DNA of 64,000 nt. Origin: Trypanosoma brucei. Lineage: Eukaryota. The notes under the pieces were generated by a model that searched no databases, was not told the DNA's origin, and worked only from the letters and a program-made list of their open reading frames with translations. Of this stretch, positions 37,035 to 49,177 are shown piece after piece. The translations under genes were made by a program, and so were the position numbers. Numbering within the stretch: position 1 is the first letter of the stretch; every line of letters starts with the position of its first letter. The DNA is taken from positions 4,672,001-4,736,000 of the forward strand of contig CH464491.1 in assembly GCA_000002445.1 (NCBI GenBank), written 5' to 3'.

Positions 37035-37232
37035 ATTAGTAATTATTATAATAGTAATAGTAATAGTAATAGTAATAGTAATAGTAATAGTAATAGTAAT
37101 AGTAATAGTAATAGTAATAGTAATAGTAATAGTAATAGTAATAGTAATAGTAATAGTAATAGTAATAGGTGTGTGTTATGAAAGTGTATATATACGAATA
37201 TTATAATAAGAGCAGTAATAAAATAATAGATG
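37035..37232 (+). repeat. 70-bp repeat whose trinucleotide portion is expanded into a (TAATAG)~20 hexamer array (37048-37168)
   Basis: GGATATTAGTAATTATTATAA(TAGTAA)n then TAGGTGTGTGTTATGAAAGTGTATATATACGAATATTATAATAAGAGCAGTAATAA. The poly-Leu ORF 37046..37237(-) is an artefact of this array. Confidence 0.85.
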
Positions 37233-37982
37233 GACACTCAAAATACAAGCACTAAAAGCAGTGGAAAGTGCTCAATGGGAGTATGTGTGTAGGAGGGAAA
37301 GAGAGAGCATGTGGACGGGACCTGAAATATGCGCAGCTTGATGCACAAACATTAGGATGGAAATAACCATACACAAAGAGATGGTGGGGTCGTGAATCCT
37401 GATTGAGACAGAAGACAGTGGACGAGGAAAATGGATCAGATATGTTATCCACAGAAGCAGACGAAGAAGAAAGCAGAGGATAAGTATGGGTCAAATCGAC
37501 TGATTGCGTGACAGTACAGAAGAAAATGATAAAAGAGGAAATTTTGCGCGGTATTTCACGCCATAGTGGATAGATTATGTTCAAGAAACGGTGGTTACCA
37601 TGGTATTTAATCTTATGGCGGATCTTGATGCGAAGATTTCAAATTGGTAAGACAATGCTGCTTCATTGAGTGCGTATTGAATTTTCATGTTATAAACCAA
37701 ACCGACGAACACAGAGAGGGAAAAATTTAATAGTGTGGGATGGGGATTAATTAGGGTATCTGCACCACCGGTAAATAATAGATTTATAGAAGTGAAGGTA
37801 GAGGCTAGCAGGGGGAAGAGAATGACAAACTTCCAACGTAACTACTATCACAAGAAACTACGTCCACAACGTCCTAGTGATGGCGCGTTACTGCTATCTT
37901 ACAACTATTAAAACGGTTCATGACCTTTCACGGCCGGGAACACCGGCACAGCTTAAAGTTTAATAAGCTCAAGGCTTAACAT

Positions 37983-39541
37983 TTGAAGATGCAACCGGAA
38001 GCGGCGCACAAGCACAGCCGGATAGCAGTGGCGGCGTTGCTCTGTATGTTTTGTTACCAGCATACAGCGACAGCAGCGCGATTCAACGCCGTGGCCGGCG
38101 ACTTAAGTACTGGGACATCGACAACATGCCAGCTGAAGACTGTGCTAGGGAAAATAGCAACGCATTATCGCAGCAAGACTGCCAGTGCCGAGAGCACAGC
38201 ACTTCAAGCGAGAAAGATCCTCAGAACTCTGCCTGTCGCCGCAGAAGCAGCTTCAGAAGACGACAAAAAAAGATACTGCGCTTTAGCGGCTTACGTCCAA
38301 GCAAAGGAAGCGGAAGCACAAAAAGCATACAACACTTATAAAGCAGCAACTGACTCAGGAACAGAGATCCTTGGAAGTCACGCCCATTTTCTCGAAGGTC
38401 AAGCAAGGTTAGCCGCGGTGAAACTTGCGCCGACAACTTCGGCTGCCAACAGCGGCGGCAGCAAAAGAGACACACCAATAAGTCTGTCAACGCTACCTAA
38501 AACAAAAAGTGCCTGCACCGAAGCCGTAGAAATCACTGAAACACAGCTGCAGGCCTAGCTAACTGACGAGAAAACAAAGAGGTTTCCCAATATACAAGTA
38601 TCCGAAGATACAACTACAGTGACAACAAAACCAGGCAGGGCGAACATCTGCCACGAAGGATCGAACGGCAGCGAATGCCCCAGCGGCGGCGGGGCACAAA
38701 ACAATGTATACGTAGCAGCGGGGACACTAACGAAAGAAAGCGCCACGGCACTCAATGTAGATGGCACAACAGGTAAGTTCAGAGACGCCTCTGACAAAAC
38801 ACCAGGCGAAGAGACCGACACGGAGAAAGCGCAGAAAGCAAGTCAGGCGATCAGGGATCTTATAGCGGCTCAAGCGCCGCGCCCGACCCCGCTTACCCTA
38901 GACGATGGAGCCGCAATAACAAAGAGCAACGGATTCCGCTCGGCTGTCAAACGGTGCTTCAAAGCGGCAAAGGAGGCGTATAGCGCACCTAAGGAAAAGG
39001 AGGTAATAGACGCACTCATAACCACCAACTACGGAAAAGACGGCGCGGATATCGCAAAAATCTCTGGCCACAAGCGAAAGAAGTGCCAATACCAAAGGAT
39101 GTAATAGGTGCGGCAGCTGACATCACCGCGGAAAATCTTCTTGACGACAGCCAGCTAATCCAAGCTCTCACATATTACAAGGGATTGCAGTTGGTGGCAA
39201 TAGAAAGTGCCCAGAACAAGCAGAGCAGTGCCAACACCACCACAACAGCTTGTGCAACCAAGTTAACCCGAGGTGAATGCACCAATAACGGGTGCAAATG
39301 GGAAGAAAAAGATGGAAAAGGGGAATGCGAACATAAAGAGGGGGACGAGCAAAAAACAGAAGGAAAGACACCAAATGAGAAGGGCAAGAAGTGGTCAGAC
39401 AAGACAAAGCAAGAAGATTTCAAATCTCCAGATTGTAAGTGGGATAGCAAATTGTGTAAATATTCCAGTTTTTACATCAATAATACATTTTCTATGATTT
39501 CTTTCTACTTTAATGGAGATAATAGCATTTTATTATTCTAA
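37983..39541 (+). pseudogene. VSG: VSG pseudogene: in-frame TAG at 38556-38558 and a frameshift at ~39090
   Basis: ORFs 37983..38558 (signal MKMQPEAAHKHSRIAVAALLCMFCYQHTATAA) and 38619..39104 share a frame. ORF 39083..39541 is in another frame. The C-terminus reads …SPDCKWDSKLCKYSSFYINN…. Confidence 0.75.
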
Positions 39542-39590
39542 GAATTCTAAGTACTTTCCCTCAAATTTATGAGTTTTATGAAAATTTTAT

Positions 39591-39608
39591 ACTTTGACAT
39601 ATTTCAAA
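39591..39608 (+). promoter_or_regulatory. VSG 3'UTR 16-mer-like element (TTTGACATATTTCAAAAC)
   Basis: Positioned ~50 bp after the VSG stop; a diverged match to TGATATATTTTAACAC. Confidence 0.3.
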
Positions 39609-39744
39609 ACTTTTTAATGAAAATGTGCATATTAGTTAAATGTGCATCACAGAGATCTACGGCTGTAACATAACAGGATAACAGGATAACAGGTTATGAA
39701 AAACGAGAGCAGGTCTAATTTTGTTTATTTTAAGGATATTATCC

Positions 39745-39945
39745 AGCGTTATGGTTATAATAGTGAAAATTATAATAATGAGGACAATAGTTGTAGGAGT
39801 TTGTTGTGTGTGTGTACACACTAATATTATAATAAGAGATGTAATAATAATGATAATAATAATAATAATGATAATAATGATAATGATAATAATAGGAGAG
39901 TGTTGTGAGTGTGTATATACGAATATTATAACAGTAGTGATAAAA
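39745..39945 (+). repeat. 70-bp repeat tract (about 2 units, plus orientation)
   Basis: GGAGTTTGTTGTGTGTGTGTACACACTAATATTATAATAAGAGATGTAATAATAATGATAATAATAATAATAATGATAATAATGATAATGATAATAATAGGAGAGTGTTGTGAGTGTGTATATACGAATATTATAACAG. Confidence 0.85.
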
Positions 39946-41579
39946 AAGACCGAATAAGGTGGGAAAATAGAACCAATGACAAAAAATATAGTGGTGTAAT
40001 AAGAATAAGTCAGTGAGCTGGAGTGAGTTTGATTGAGTGAGTATGAGTAAGTGAGAAGTGGAATATGCTGAGTTTCAAACATAATGATTGCCATGAATAT
40101 CTACAGGAAGGATTGTTCAACGAGGAAGGGCGGAAGTCCAGTGTACAAGGCAAATGGAGTCGCTGCGCTATCCTTAAAAATAGTGACATAAAATAGAAAA
40201 GTAGTAGTAGAAACATAGAGGGAACTAACTGAACAAAAGCAAGCGCAACAGGAAAGAAAATGACGCATGATAAGCTAATATGTTCCTTATTTCACCTAAA
40301 AATGGAAGGATAATACATTGAAAATATTGGTGGGTGTGCTTATTAGTCTGATGGCCGCTCCTAATATTCAGCTATAAAGAGGAATAAAATCCAGATACAA
40401 AAGGAAAAGATTGGGTAAGTGTGAGGTAATATCGCAGTTTTTCCAATCAGATATAGTGATAATGGTTGATATTTGTGAGCCCTGATATTGTATTGTCTGG
40501 AGAAGGGTTTCCAACTAGAAATAATTATGTATTTCAGCGGACTGTAAGAGAAGATTAAAGACGCGGAAGATGCTTATAATAACACATATACAGTCATGCA
40601 TATTATATCTATTAAATTGGGGAAATTAACAGTGACACTCCTCCACTGCCATATTGATATACGGCTAATAAAGTGGCAGCGGTTAAAGGGCGACTGATTC
40701 AAATAAGAATAAGTGATAATGTATCCCTACTAATACACGTTAGGCGTGCACAAAAGAATGAGAATTAAGTTTGCATCAAAATTACAAAATATTAAGTGCA
40801 GAGACCTGAGAACACCCAGTATGTAAAGAAGGAATGAAAGACAAAAATTGTTTGTGAAATGAAGCAACACCACCTGACCATAAAAGCAGCATACAATACA
40901 GGAGTGCAACCAAATAAAAATGGTAAATGAGCAGTAGATTTGAATATTCATGCATATAAATGTGTTCTTTTTTAAAAAATATAATCACACGCAAGGAACT
41001 GCGGCTGAATTAAATAGAAACGATATATAGATATATAGATACATAAAGCTGAGACCTGGTATTAAAATGCAAATTAGGCCCCTAAATTACGCAACCGTTC
41101 GTAAAAATTCACAGAATAAACAAAATGAACGGCGCAAATATTAAGCAGCTCAGCCCACCATCTTGGCGGAGGGAATAACAGAAACAGGAAAACGGCGTCT
41201 AAAGTGATCAGGTCATCGTAAAAACACATAAGCCGAAATGAAAACAAGTATACTTTCCTGGCGTCGCTAGCGGCATTCAAATGAGAGGCTCATTGACACG
41301 GTCAAGAGCGGAAACGACACAAACACCAACAGCGCCAAGTCTCACCTATAATAGCACCGAAAATTCACTATAAAGAAGACCTCAAAAATACGCACGAAGA
41401 TACGTGCGGTGCAAGCTCCGTCAGATATCCAAAAGCAGCTCGATAGTAGCGTCCCATAACAACCATACAACCTTTTCCACTGCCTTTAAAACTAACTTAA
41501 TGAAGAACTAACCTAAGTAAGCAAGCGAAACAGACAGCCGGCCAATTCTCACATTAATTGTAGCATCTGCGCTTATAAT

Positions 41580-43020
41580 AAACCACAATAGCAGAATAGC
41601 TGCGGCAGCAGCACAGGGAGCAGTGCACCTCACAGCACTAACATAACTTTGCAAAACAGCCAAAGCTGGAAAAACTGTGGCGGCTTTGCTAACAAACAGA
41701 ATATCCAAGATGACAGGTTGGGAAGCAGAATATAGTCTTTTTTTCCAAAAAATAGCGACCGTGCAGGTCATGGAAATGCAGCCTTCAACGTAACTAGCGG
41801 CACTCAAAGAATTCGCGAACAAGACCCTCAGCGCCATCGAATCGGAGTTAGAGGAGCTTGAAAAAGAAGCTCCAGGAACCAGAAGCAAAACAGCATACGC
41901 AGCGGGCCTAATTGACGATTTCGTATCTATTTTCACAAGCACCGGAGACAGCACAGGTACCAACAACGTCTACATAATTAAGGGCGGCAGCGACGATACG
42001 AAAGTCGAGGATTCCGATCTCGGTGATTGTTTCGCCAAACCAATTAGAGCCAAAACAACAAATGACAAACTATCAACTCTGGAAAAAGATAGCTTTAACT
42101 TCGGAAACAAGCAAGCGTTGAAGGGAACCAAGACGTGCAAACTAACTAGCAGCGACGGCGGCGGCTATTCGGGCGGAACAGTCGGACGACTGAAACCAGC
42201 AAGCTGGGGCGGCGGTGTACTTACACTAACTCACACAGGCAGCGAAGCAACACTAAAAACGGAAAAAAGCGGCCTAGCAGCACACGAAGAAGCAAGGAAA
42301 TCAGCCGCCACAATCAAAAGCAAAATCAAAACCGACGAAAACAATCCTGTAACAACCACACAAGACCTGAAAGCGCTACTAATAGCATACTCGGCAGACA
42401 AAACAATCCTAACTACAATAAAGATAGCAACTAACAAGCTAAAGGACAAAGGCTATACACCAACTCGCACAGACGTCGAAAGGATATTCGGCTTCAACGG
42501 CAAACACGAGAATGTACCCTTCATCAAAATCCTGGATAAATACAAGGTACCGATACAAGAGAGCTCGCAAACAAAGCAAACAGAAGTCATGAAACTGACG
42601 GCAACCCAAATTGCAGAAGGCAAAAGATAACCACTGGGCCAATACCAGCAACTCGTCGCCAAAGCGCAGGTTGAAAAAGTCTGCGAGAGCACAGACAAGA
42701 AAACAGCAGAGGATACTTGCAATAAGATCACGGATACAAGCGAACGCAACAACAAGCCTTAGTGCAGTTATAACGAAAGCACAGCTGAGTGTGACAAAAA
42801 GTGCAAATTTAATGAAAAAACCTCAAAAAGCGGAGTGCCTGCAACGCAACATCAAACAGGAGGGACTGAAACAACATCAGAAAATGCAAAGGGAAACCAG
42901 AGAAAGATTGCAAATCTCCGGATTGTAAGTGGGAAGTAAAAGAGTGCAAATATTCCATTTTTTGTCAATAAGAAACTTTCTTTAATGGCTGCTGCTTTTA
43001 TGAGTTTTGTGGCATTTTAG
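41580..43020 (+). pseudogene. VSG: VSG pseudogene (B-type N-domain), several frameshifts; 5' boundary approximate
   Basis: ORF 42118..42630 is a VSG N-domain segment. The C-terminus reads …KSPDCKWEVKECKYSIF, then a 1-bp frameshift, then FVNKKLSLMAAAFMSFVAF and a stop at 43018-43020. The start could not be placed exactly. Confidence 0.65.
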
Positions 43021-43101
43021 CATTCTAAGGGGTTGTGCTCAATTATATGAAAATTATGAAAATTTTCTATTTTGAGAGAACTTTATAAATTTGCTACACT
43101 T

Positions 43102-43117
43102 TGATATGTTTTGACAC
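43102..43117 (+). promoter_or_regulatory. VSG 3'UTR 16-mer-like element TGATATGTTTTGACAC, preceded by TTGCTACACT
   Basis: Matches 13 of 16 positions of TGATATATTTTAACAC, ~80 bp after the VSG stop. Confidence 0.5.
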
Positions 43118-43254
43118 TTTTGGAAAAGTGTAAATTTTTAAAATACGAATTTTTGTATGATGGTGGCTTATGGGTGAAAAGTAGAAAAGCAACAGGGTGA
43201 CAGGGTATAAAAAATAAGTGATATTCCAATTTTCTTTATTGATTATTTTGTTTA

Positions 43255-43350
43255 TTTCATGGATATTAGTAATTAAAATAATAGATATAATGACAATAAT
43301 AATGATTATAAGAGAGTGTTGTGAGTTTGTGTATACTAATATTATGTTAA
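43255..43350 (+). repeat. 70-bp repeat (single unit)
   Basis: …AATGACAATAATAATGATTATAAGAGAGTGTTGTGAGTTTGTGTATACTAATATTATGTTAAG. Confidence 0.8.
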
Positions 43351-44915
43351 GATTTCTTCTGAAGACAAAACAGACAACGAAAGATAGAAGTGCCTAAGAT
43401 ACTGGCACCAGTGCAGTTGGAGTAGGTGAGTAAGGAAGTCGGAATGCGAAAGCGCGAGTAATATTATGAATAAGCAACGTAAAAAGGAAATACATGGAGG
43501 AAAATGAAATATGCAGAGCTTCGTCCACAAATATGAACCTGATAATCTTTATAAACTATAATGTAATGAAGGAACACTAAGGGTGAGCCGTAGTCAAGTG
43601 CACATGCGTAATAGAGTCAGTATGTAACCCGTATGGATTAAAAAAGTTGTCGGAGAAGAGGGAAAGAAAATGTAAGATGAAACAACAAAATGTGAAATAA
43701 TATATCAGTAAAAAAAGAAGTATGAGTCAATGATGCCTAGTGTTTTATTTAAAAATGGATAGATAGCACAGCGTAGATTATTTTTGTGGCTGTGGTTTTT
43801 AATCTGATGGAGGATCCTAATGTTCAGAGGTAAAGAAGAAAGAGGACGTACGGATTGGGTGAGTGTGATGTATTGTCAAAGTCTTCTGTTCTTCATATAT
43901 AGTAATAATGGCTAACACTTGTGGGAAACATTATAATATTATGTATAAAAAAATTTTAAACTATGATTACTAATAGATTACTGTGGAAAGGAAAAGAAGA
44001 GGAAACCAGCGGAAATTGCATGAAATAGTACATATATGAATTGTTAAAGGACAGTTATGAGATACAAAAAATAACTTGGAAGATAACTCCTATTAGATAC
44101 CTTAGAGAGGCTAAACATTATCCGCATTCAATTATCCAGCGCTCAATATTAGGAATAAAGAAGATCCTAGTTTAATGGAGGGAATAAATAAATATAAGCA
44201 GCTAAATAAATTGCAGACAAACCACAAATGGCCACTGCTTAATCGGAACTGCAGGTCAAGTCCTCCAATATATAGAGCGGGTACAAAAGCCGTTATGTTC
44301 TCATGAAAACCACAGCTGTTCATTATCATTCCACCGGAAAGTGGTGCATGAAAATAAGAACAAAATAGGATCCATTAAAACAATAAATGAAAGATGCTTT
44401 ATATATATGGAGTTTCTCACTGGTCTATAGAAATAGAAGGTTGATCTGGTGGAAAAACAGATGGGTATTTGGTAGGTGAGGAGTCAGGATGGCCAAGAAT
44501 TTTGTAAACGGATATTTCCAGGTTTCGCAGAAGCAAACTGACAGGCAGCTTGTAGCACTTCTCATTTTATGTTTGTGGGTAATACAGCACAACTCTCTAA
44601 CAAAAAAGCACCACTTTACAAACATTTACGACACAACTACGCCGGTCTGTAGGCACTGAAGCTACATAAGGCTGGCTGCCTACGACAATAACCACGCCAC
44701 AGACCAAACACAGACAAAGTGAAACGCAGGAAATCAAGGCCAAAAAACCACCACCACCTCAACAGAGCTAAGCTACAGGAATAATACCGCCGCAAATATC
44801 TCAGTGAATTCCACGGCGATAGGAAGGGTCACGTAAACCACAGCCAGTGCCACTACCGGCGGAGAAGCAGGCACATTCAAGTGGATCAAAAGCTTACTTT
44901 TTCTGCACAGCAAAT

Positions 44916-46340
44916 ATGCACCAGTGGATAGCGCTGATACTGCTACTTTGCGCTGCGGCAACCCGGGACCAAGTAAAAGGAACCAACGACAAAGCACTCA
45001 CAAAGAATGGCTTGGAGCACGTTTGCGATATTGCGGCAGAAGTCAGAGCAAAGGAGCATGTTCACGCCGATGGCCTAACAGCGGCAGCAGACAAGCTAGC
45101 GGCGAACCAAGCCGTCTTGGCCAAGGTACGGATACTAATAGCAGCAGCTTCGACCGCCCAAGAGGCACTACAACTACAAGCAATCAGCGCCGCCCTGCAC
45201 AGAACAGCAGCAGAGGAAGAAGCCAAGTTTACTAAAGCAACCGCAATGACGGCAATAGAAGCTATAAGGCACAGCAGCTACTTGCTTGGCGGCCTCTACG
45301 AGTATCTGCATATAGCCGGACAAGCGAAAGACGGGACCAACAACGGCTGTTTTGCAGATGACGAAAACGCAGGAAGTTTTTACACAACTGAGCAACTGAA
45401 AAACCAAGTGCAAAATTGCAAAGCTGTAGATCTCGACGAGAAAGCAGGCTGGGCCGACAAACAGGTGCATAAACCTGACGGATACAAACGCAAAACAGAC
45501 AAAAACAACCTATGGTCGACCAACGCAAAAGGCTGCAAAATACACGGCGGCGGTAACAACAACGGCCCGGTAGAAAGCGCAACCTACGGCGCCAACAACC
45601 ACGTAGCTATGGGGCTCATCAGTCTAAGCAGCACGGACGCCCAACTCACGGACCTCAGCAGCCTAGCAGGGGCAGAAGGCGATTCTAAGAAAAGGCATGC
45701 CGCAAAAGCATTCAACACACTGTCGAAACCGGCACTTAAAGTAAACACCATCGAGCTTCCCGACAAAAATGCCCTGAAAAACCTTGCCAACTTTGACGCC
45801 ACGCTTGCAGCAGCCGTTGGCGCCAGCAAACCCTTCAGCGGACAGGAAAAAGAGCAAGCAATGGAAAAACTGTACGGCAGCAAAGACCCAGATCCAACAA
45901 CAATGTTCTGGCAAAAACTGAAAGGACTGAAATTATCAACAGATTCCCACGGTGTTACGAAGGGTACGAAACTTGATGAGATCCGTAACCTACCCTTACT
46001 CACTGAACTAGAAACAAACTACACGATCAGCAAAGCCATTCAAAGAAACAGCCTTGCAGCCGCTGATGCTTGCAACTGTCCGACAGCCCACCCGAAACCA
46101 GAGGAGAAACTATGCAATGATGCGACAGGTGACGAAGGAAAATGTGAAACTCTAAAGGAGAAAGGCTGTATATTTGATAGAAACACCAAAAAGTGTGAGT
46201 TAAACAAGGATGTGAAAGCACAACTAGAAAAAGCAAACCAAGAAACAGGAGGAAATGATGGGAAAGATACAAACACCACAGGGAGCAATTCTATTGTCAT
46301 TTATAAGGTTTCTCTTTTGCTTGCATTTATACTTCTATAA
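44916..46340 (+). CDS. VSG: Variant surface glycoprotein, apparently intact (474 aa plus stop; signal peptide, N-domain, Cys-rich C-domain, GPI signal)
   Basis: ORF 44847..46340 is uninterrupted. The likely start is the Met at 44916 (MHQWIALILLLCAAATRDQ). The C-terminus reads …CNCPTAHPKPEEKLCNDATGDEGKCETLKEKGCIFDRNTKKCEL…GKDTNTTGSNSIVIYKVSLLLAFILL and a stop. A 70-bp repeat lies ~1.5 kb upstream and a 16-mer-like element downstream. Confidence 0.85.
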   Translation: MHQWIALILLLCAAATRDQVKGTNDKALTKNGLEHVCDIAAEVRAKEHVHADGLTAAADKLAANQAVLAKVRILIAAASTAQEALQLQAISAALHRTAAEEEAKFTKATAMTAIEAIRHSSYLLGGLYEYLHIAGQAKDGTNNGCFADDENAGSFYTTEQLKNQVQNCKAVDLDEKAGWADKQVHKPDGYKRKTDKNNLWSTNAKGCKIHGGGNNNGPVESATYGANNHVAMGLISLSSTDAQLTDLSSLAGAEGDSKKRHAAKAFNTLSKPALKVNTIELPDKNALKNLANFDATLAAAVGASKPFSGQEKEQAMEKLYGSKDPDPTTMFWQKLKGLKLSTDSHGVTKGTKLDEIRNLPLLTELETNYTISKAIQRNSLAAADACNCPTAHPKPEEKLCNDATGDEGKCETLKEKGCIFDRNTKKCELNKDVKAQLEKANQETGGNDGKDTNTTGSNSIVIYKVSLLLAFILL

Positions 46341-46387
46341 TTAAATTTATGAAATGTTTTTTGCTGAATTTTATAATTTTTTGAAAT

Positions 46388-46403
46388 TGATATATATTAA
46401 CTC
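46388..46403 (+). promoter_or_regulatory. VSG 3'UTR 16-mer-like element TGATATATATTAACTC
   Basis: Close match to TGATATATTTTAACAC, ~50 bp after the stop of the intact VSG. Confidence 0.5.
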
Positions 46404-46544
46404 TATATGATGAAAATATGCGAATTAGTAACTTTTTAAAGCTGAACACATGCACTTTCTGGATGATTCTGAACTATGGGTGCACGTTCGTATCGTTAGA
46501 GGGCATGGAAAATAAGAGCATTTTAAATTTTGATTATTTTGTTT

Positions 46545-46645
46545 ATTTTATGCATATTAGTTATAATAATAATAATAAGAATAAGAATAAGAATAATGGT
46601 AAAGTGTTGTGAGTGTGCAAATACGAATATTATAATAAGAGTTGT
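46545..46645 (+). repeat. 70-bp repeat (single unit)
   Basis: ATAATAATAATAATAAGAATAAGAATAAGAATAATGGTAAAGTGTTGTGAGTGTGCAAATACGAATATTATAATAAGAG. Confidence 0.85.
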
Positions 46646-47578
46646 GGTGCACACCGGCTGGAGACCGAAAATAGAATATAGTAAGCAATATTCATTATGC
46701 TGTTGGAGTAGATGAGAGAAAAGACGAGGAATATATTTAATGGAATCGCAAAGAACAAGGAAAGGAGTGGATTTTGCTTATCTTCAAACACAAACATTAC
46801 TTTGGGCATCACCATACTCACAGAGACGGTGGAGAGAATATTGAGGGAGAGACAGAGTCCAGCGTACAGGCCTAATGGTATCACTGCGTTATCCATACCA
46901 ACAGAGAGATGGGGGAAAATATGTGAAGAAACAGCAGAATGAAGACACCACTGCACAAAACAGACGACTATGAGGCATGAACATTAGTCGATGATGCCCG
47001 TATTTCTCACATAAATTTATAGGTGAACAGCAGAGATGACGACGACTGTATTTGTGGACTTGATGAAAGATCTGAGTATTAAGACGTATATGGATACGTC
47101 GCCAATCCTAAATTGACTGTGAGTGCATTGAAAGAAAAGTGTATAGAGAAACTTCAGTGGGAAGACGAATACGAATTAAAGCCTGTGGAAGCTAATACAC
47201 TGTAGTAAACAAATGAAAGCAACTCTTTCCCAAATGGACTTCCAAGTTGTATTTCCAAACAGAATTTAAAGTTACTTCGGAAACAGGCCAATACAAAAAC
47301 ATAGCAGTCGATTTTATTTTGAAAATGTGTTTTCAATGCGAAAGCAAATCGACGAAGGCTATCCATTTTTCTCTTACAAAATAAACAGACGACATTCATC
47401 GTGTTCTATCAAACTGCTACCGATGCAAAGATAGGCACGGAAGTGCCATTAATGGCTCTTATGAGGAGGCAAACACCTCCATGGCCTGTCAAACTAGCGA
47501 TGTGAACGGGTGCGATTTTCTTACGAACGGCTATATTTCTAAAAGTAAACGACAGCAGAGCCACAAAGTTGTATAGGC

Positions 47579-49091
47579 ATGCCACCTCGAACGGTGCACA
47601 CACTTACAGCATTTGTTGCTGTTATAACCCAACTTTTGACGCGGGGCGCAGTTGCCACAGCAGGCGACGAAAACGACAATCAGCCGGAATTTTCCATGCT
47701 GTGTCATTTAATCCGTGCAGCGCAAACTGGATTTAAGGAGCAGCCGGTAAAACTAAGCGGCAGCGCAAACAGCGCCTTCAACAGTATTCAGCAAATACAC
47801 ATCCTAGCAGGAAACAACGATACCAAAATATCCGAAGACATAGCAAAAGCAGTACCTGAACAAGCCAAGCGACCAAAACATATCCCTCACACAAGCAATG
47901 GCGACCAGGCAAAGGCAAAAATAAACGAAACATACGCGATCGCAAAGAAAATAAAGGAGAAAGTCGAAGAGGAAGGTCAAAAAAACAAGGATGCAATAGA
48001 AAAGGCAAACAAATTATTAGCAGAAGCGTTAACAGGCGATGAAAGCAAACAGCAAGACGAAGCAGACAGCGGAGCTTATTTCGCCACCGCGACGGACAAC
48101 AAAATGTTTGGTGCGTCTCCGGACGTCGACAAGACCTGCGACGGCACCGGTGGCGGAGCCGGACAGGGCGACAACGCAGGGGTAACGCTTATCAACGACC
48201 TACTGTGCTTATGCGTCATCGGCCCCAGCTCAACAGACCAAAAGATCTGCGCAGGGACAGCCAACTCCGTCAGCGGCTCGGCCGTGAATTACGGCACTCC
48301 GGCGACGACATTCAAAACACATTACAGCGCCCTCATCAAAAAATGCCCACCAACAAGCAGCCTTCTGACACCCACAACACTAGCCACACCTCTAATGACG
48401 TTCACCACCTACCTGGGGCGGCATGGCAAAGGCGCAACCACTGTGGACGCGAATTCGCCCTATATTTTAGGCCTAGCGGCCAGCACGACAACAGGATGCA
48501 CAACAAGCAGCCAGCAGACATGCGTAAATTACAAAGTACAACTTTCAGGCGGGCAACCCAAAGGCATCCCATGGCTGAACAAAATGCAGCAGGCAGTCGA
48601 CAAAGCAGGCGAGGCGACACCGGGTGTATCAACGCGAGCGGATGAAACCGCCCTAATCAAACTAAACGCCACGATCTGGAACCAGTACAAAAACGCCTTC
48701 GTGGCGCAGACAGCACTAGTCGACCCTGGAAACCCCTCACCCAAACTTCTGGATCCAAAGAAAGCAGAAGAATGCAAAATACACAAACCAAAAAAGGAGT
48801 GTGAAGAAAACAACTGCAAATGGGATGGAAAAACTGAAACAGATGGAGAATGCAAACCTAAAGCAGGATCAGAAGGAACAGAAAAAGAGGGACAGCTTCA
48901 ACTGGGTGTGCAGCGCACAATGATCAAACCGCTTGTGAAAAAATGAATGAAGGAAAAGAGAAACCTGTTTGCGCCTGGAAAAAAGGTGGCGAAGGCGACA
49001 AGGACAAAGACGAGTTTAGGTGCCGAAATGGTAGTTTTCTAGTAAGTGAGAAATTGGCTCTGATGGCTGCTACTTCTGTGAGCTTGGTATA
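47579..49091 (+). pseudogene. VSG: VSG (B-type) with one apparent frameshift near 48890 before the C-terminal domain; otherwise complete
   Basis: ORF 47579..48946 is 455 aa with signal MPPRTVHTLTAFVAVITQLLTRGAVATA. The C-terminal domain continues in the +1 frame as …NDQTACEKMNEGKEKPVCAWKKGGEGDKDKDEFRCRNGSFLVSEKLALMAATSVSLV, with a stop at 49089-49091. Confidence 0.75.
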
Positions 49092-49161
49092 ATTTTAGAA
49101 CTCTAAGGATTTTCGCCCAATTTTATGAAATTTATGAAATTTTTCAAAAATTGCTAAACCT

Positions 49162-49177
49162 TGATATATTTAATATA
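49162..49177 (+). promoter_or_regulatory. VSG 3'UTR 16-mer-like element TGATATATTTAATATA, preceded by TTGCTAAACC
   Basis: The first 10 nt match TGATATATTT exactly. Confidence 0.45.

Noticed and set aside
37046-37237. 63-aa poly-leucine ORF on the minus strand
   Set aside because: An artefact of the (TAATAG)n hexamer array read as CTA/TTA codons.
41508-41966. 152-aa minus-strand ORF
   Set aside because: It is antisense to the N-terminal region of the plus-strand VSG pseudogene at 41580-43020.
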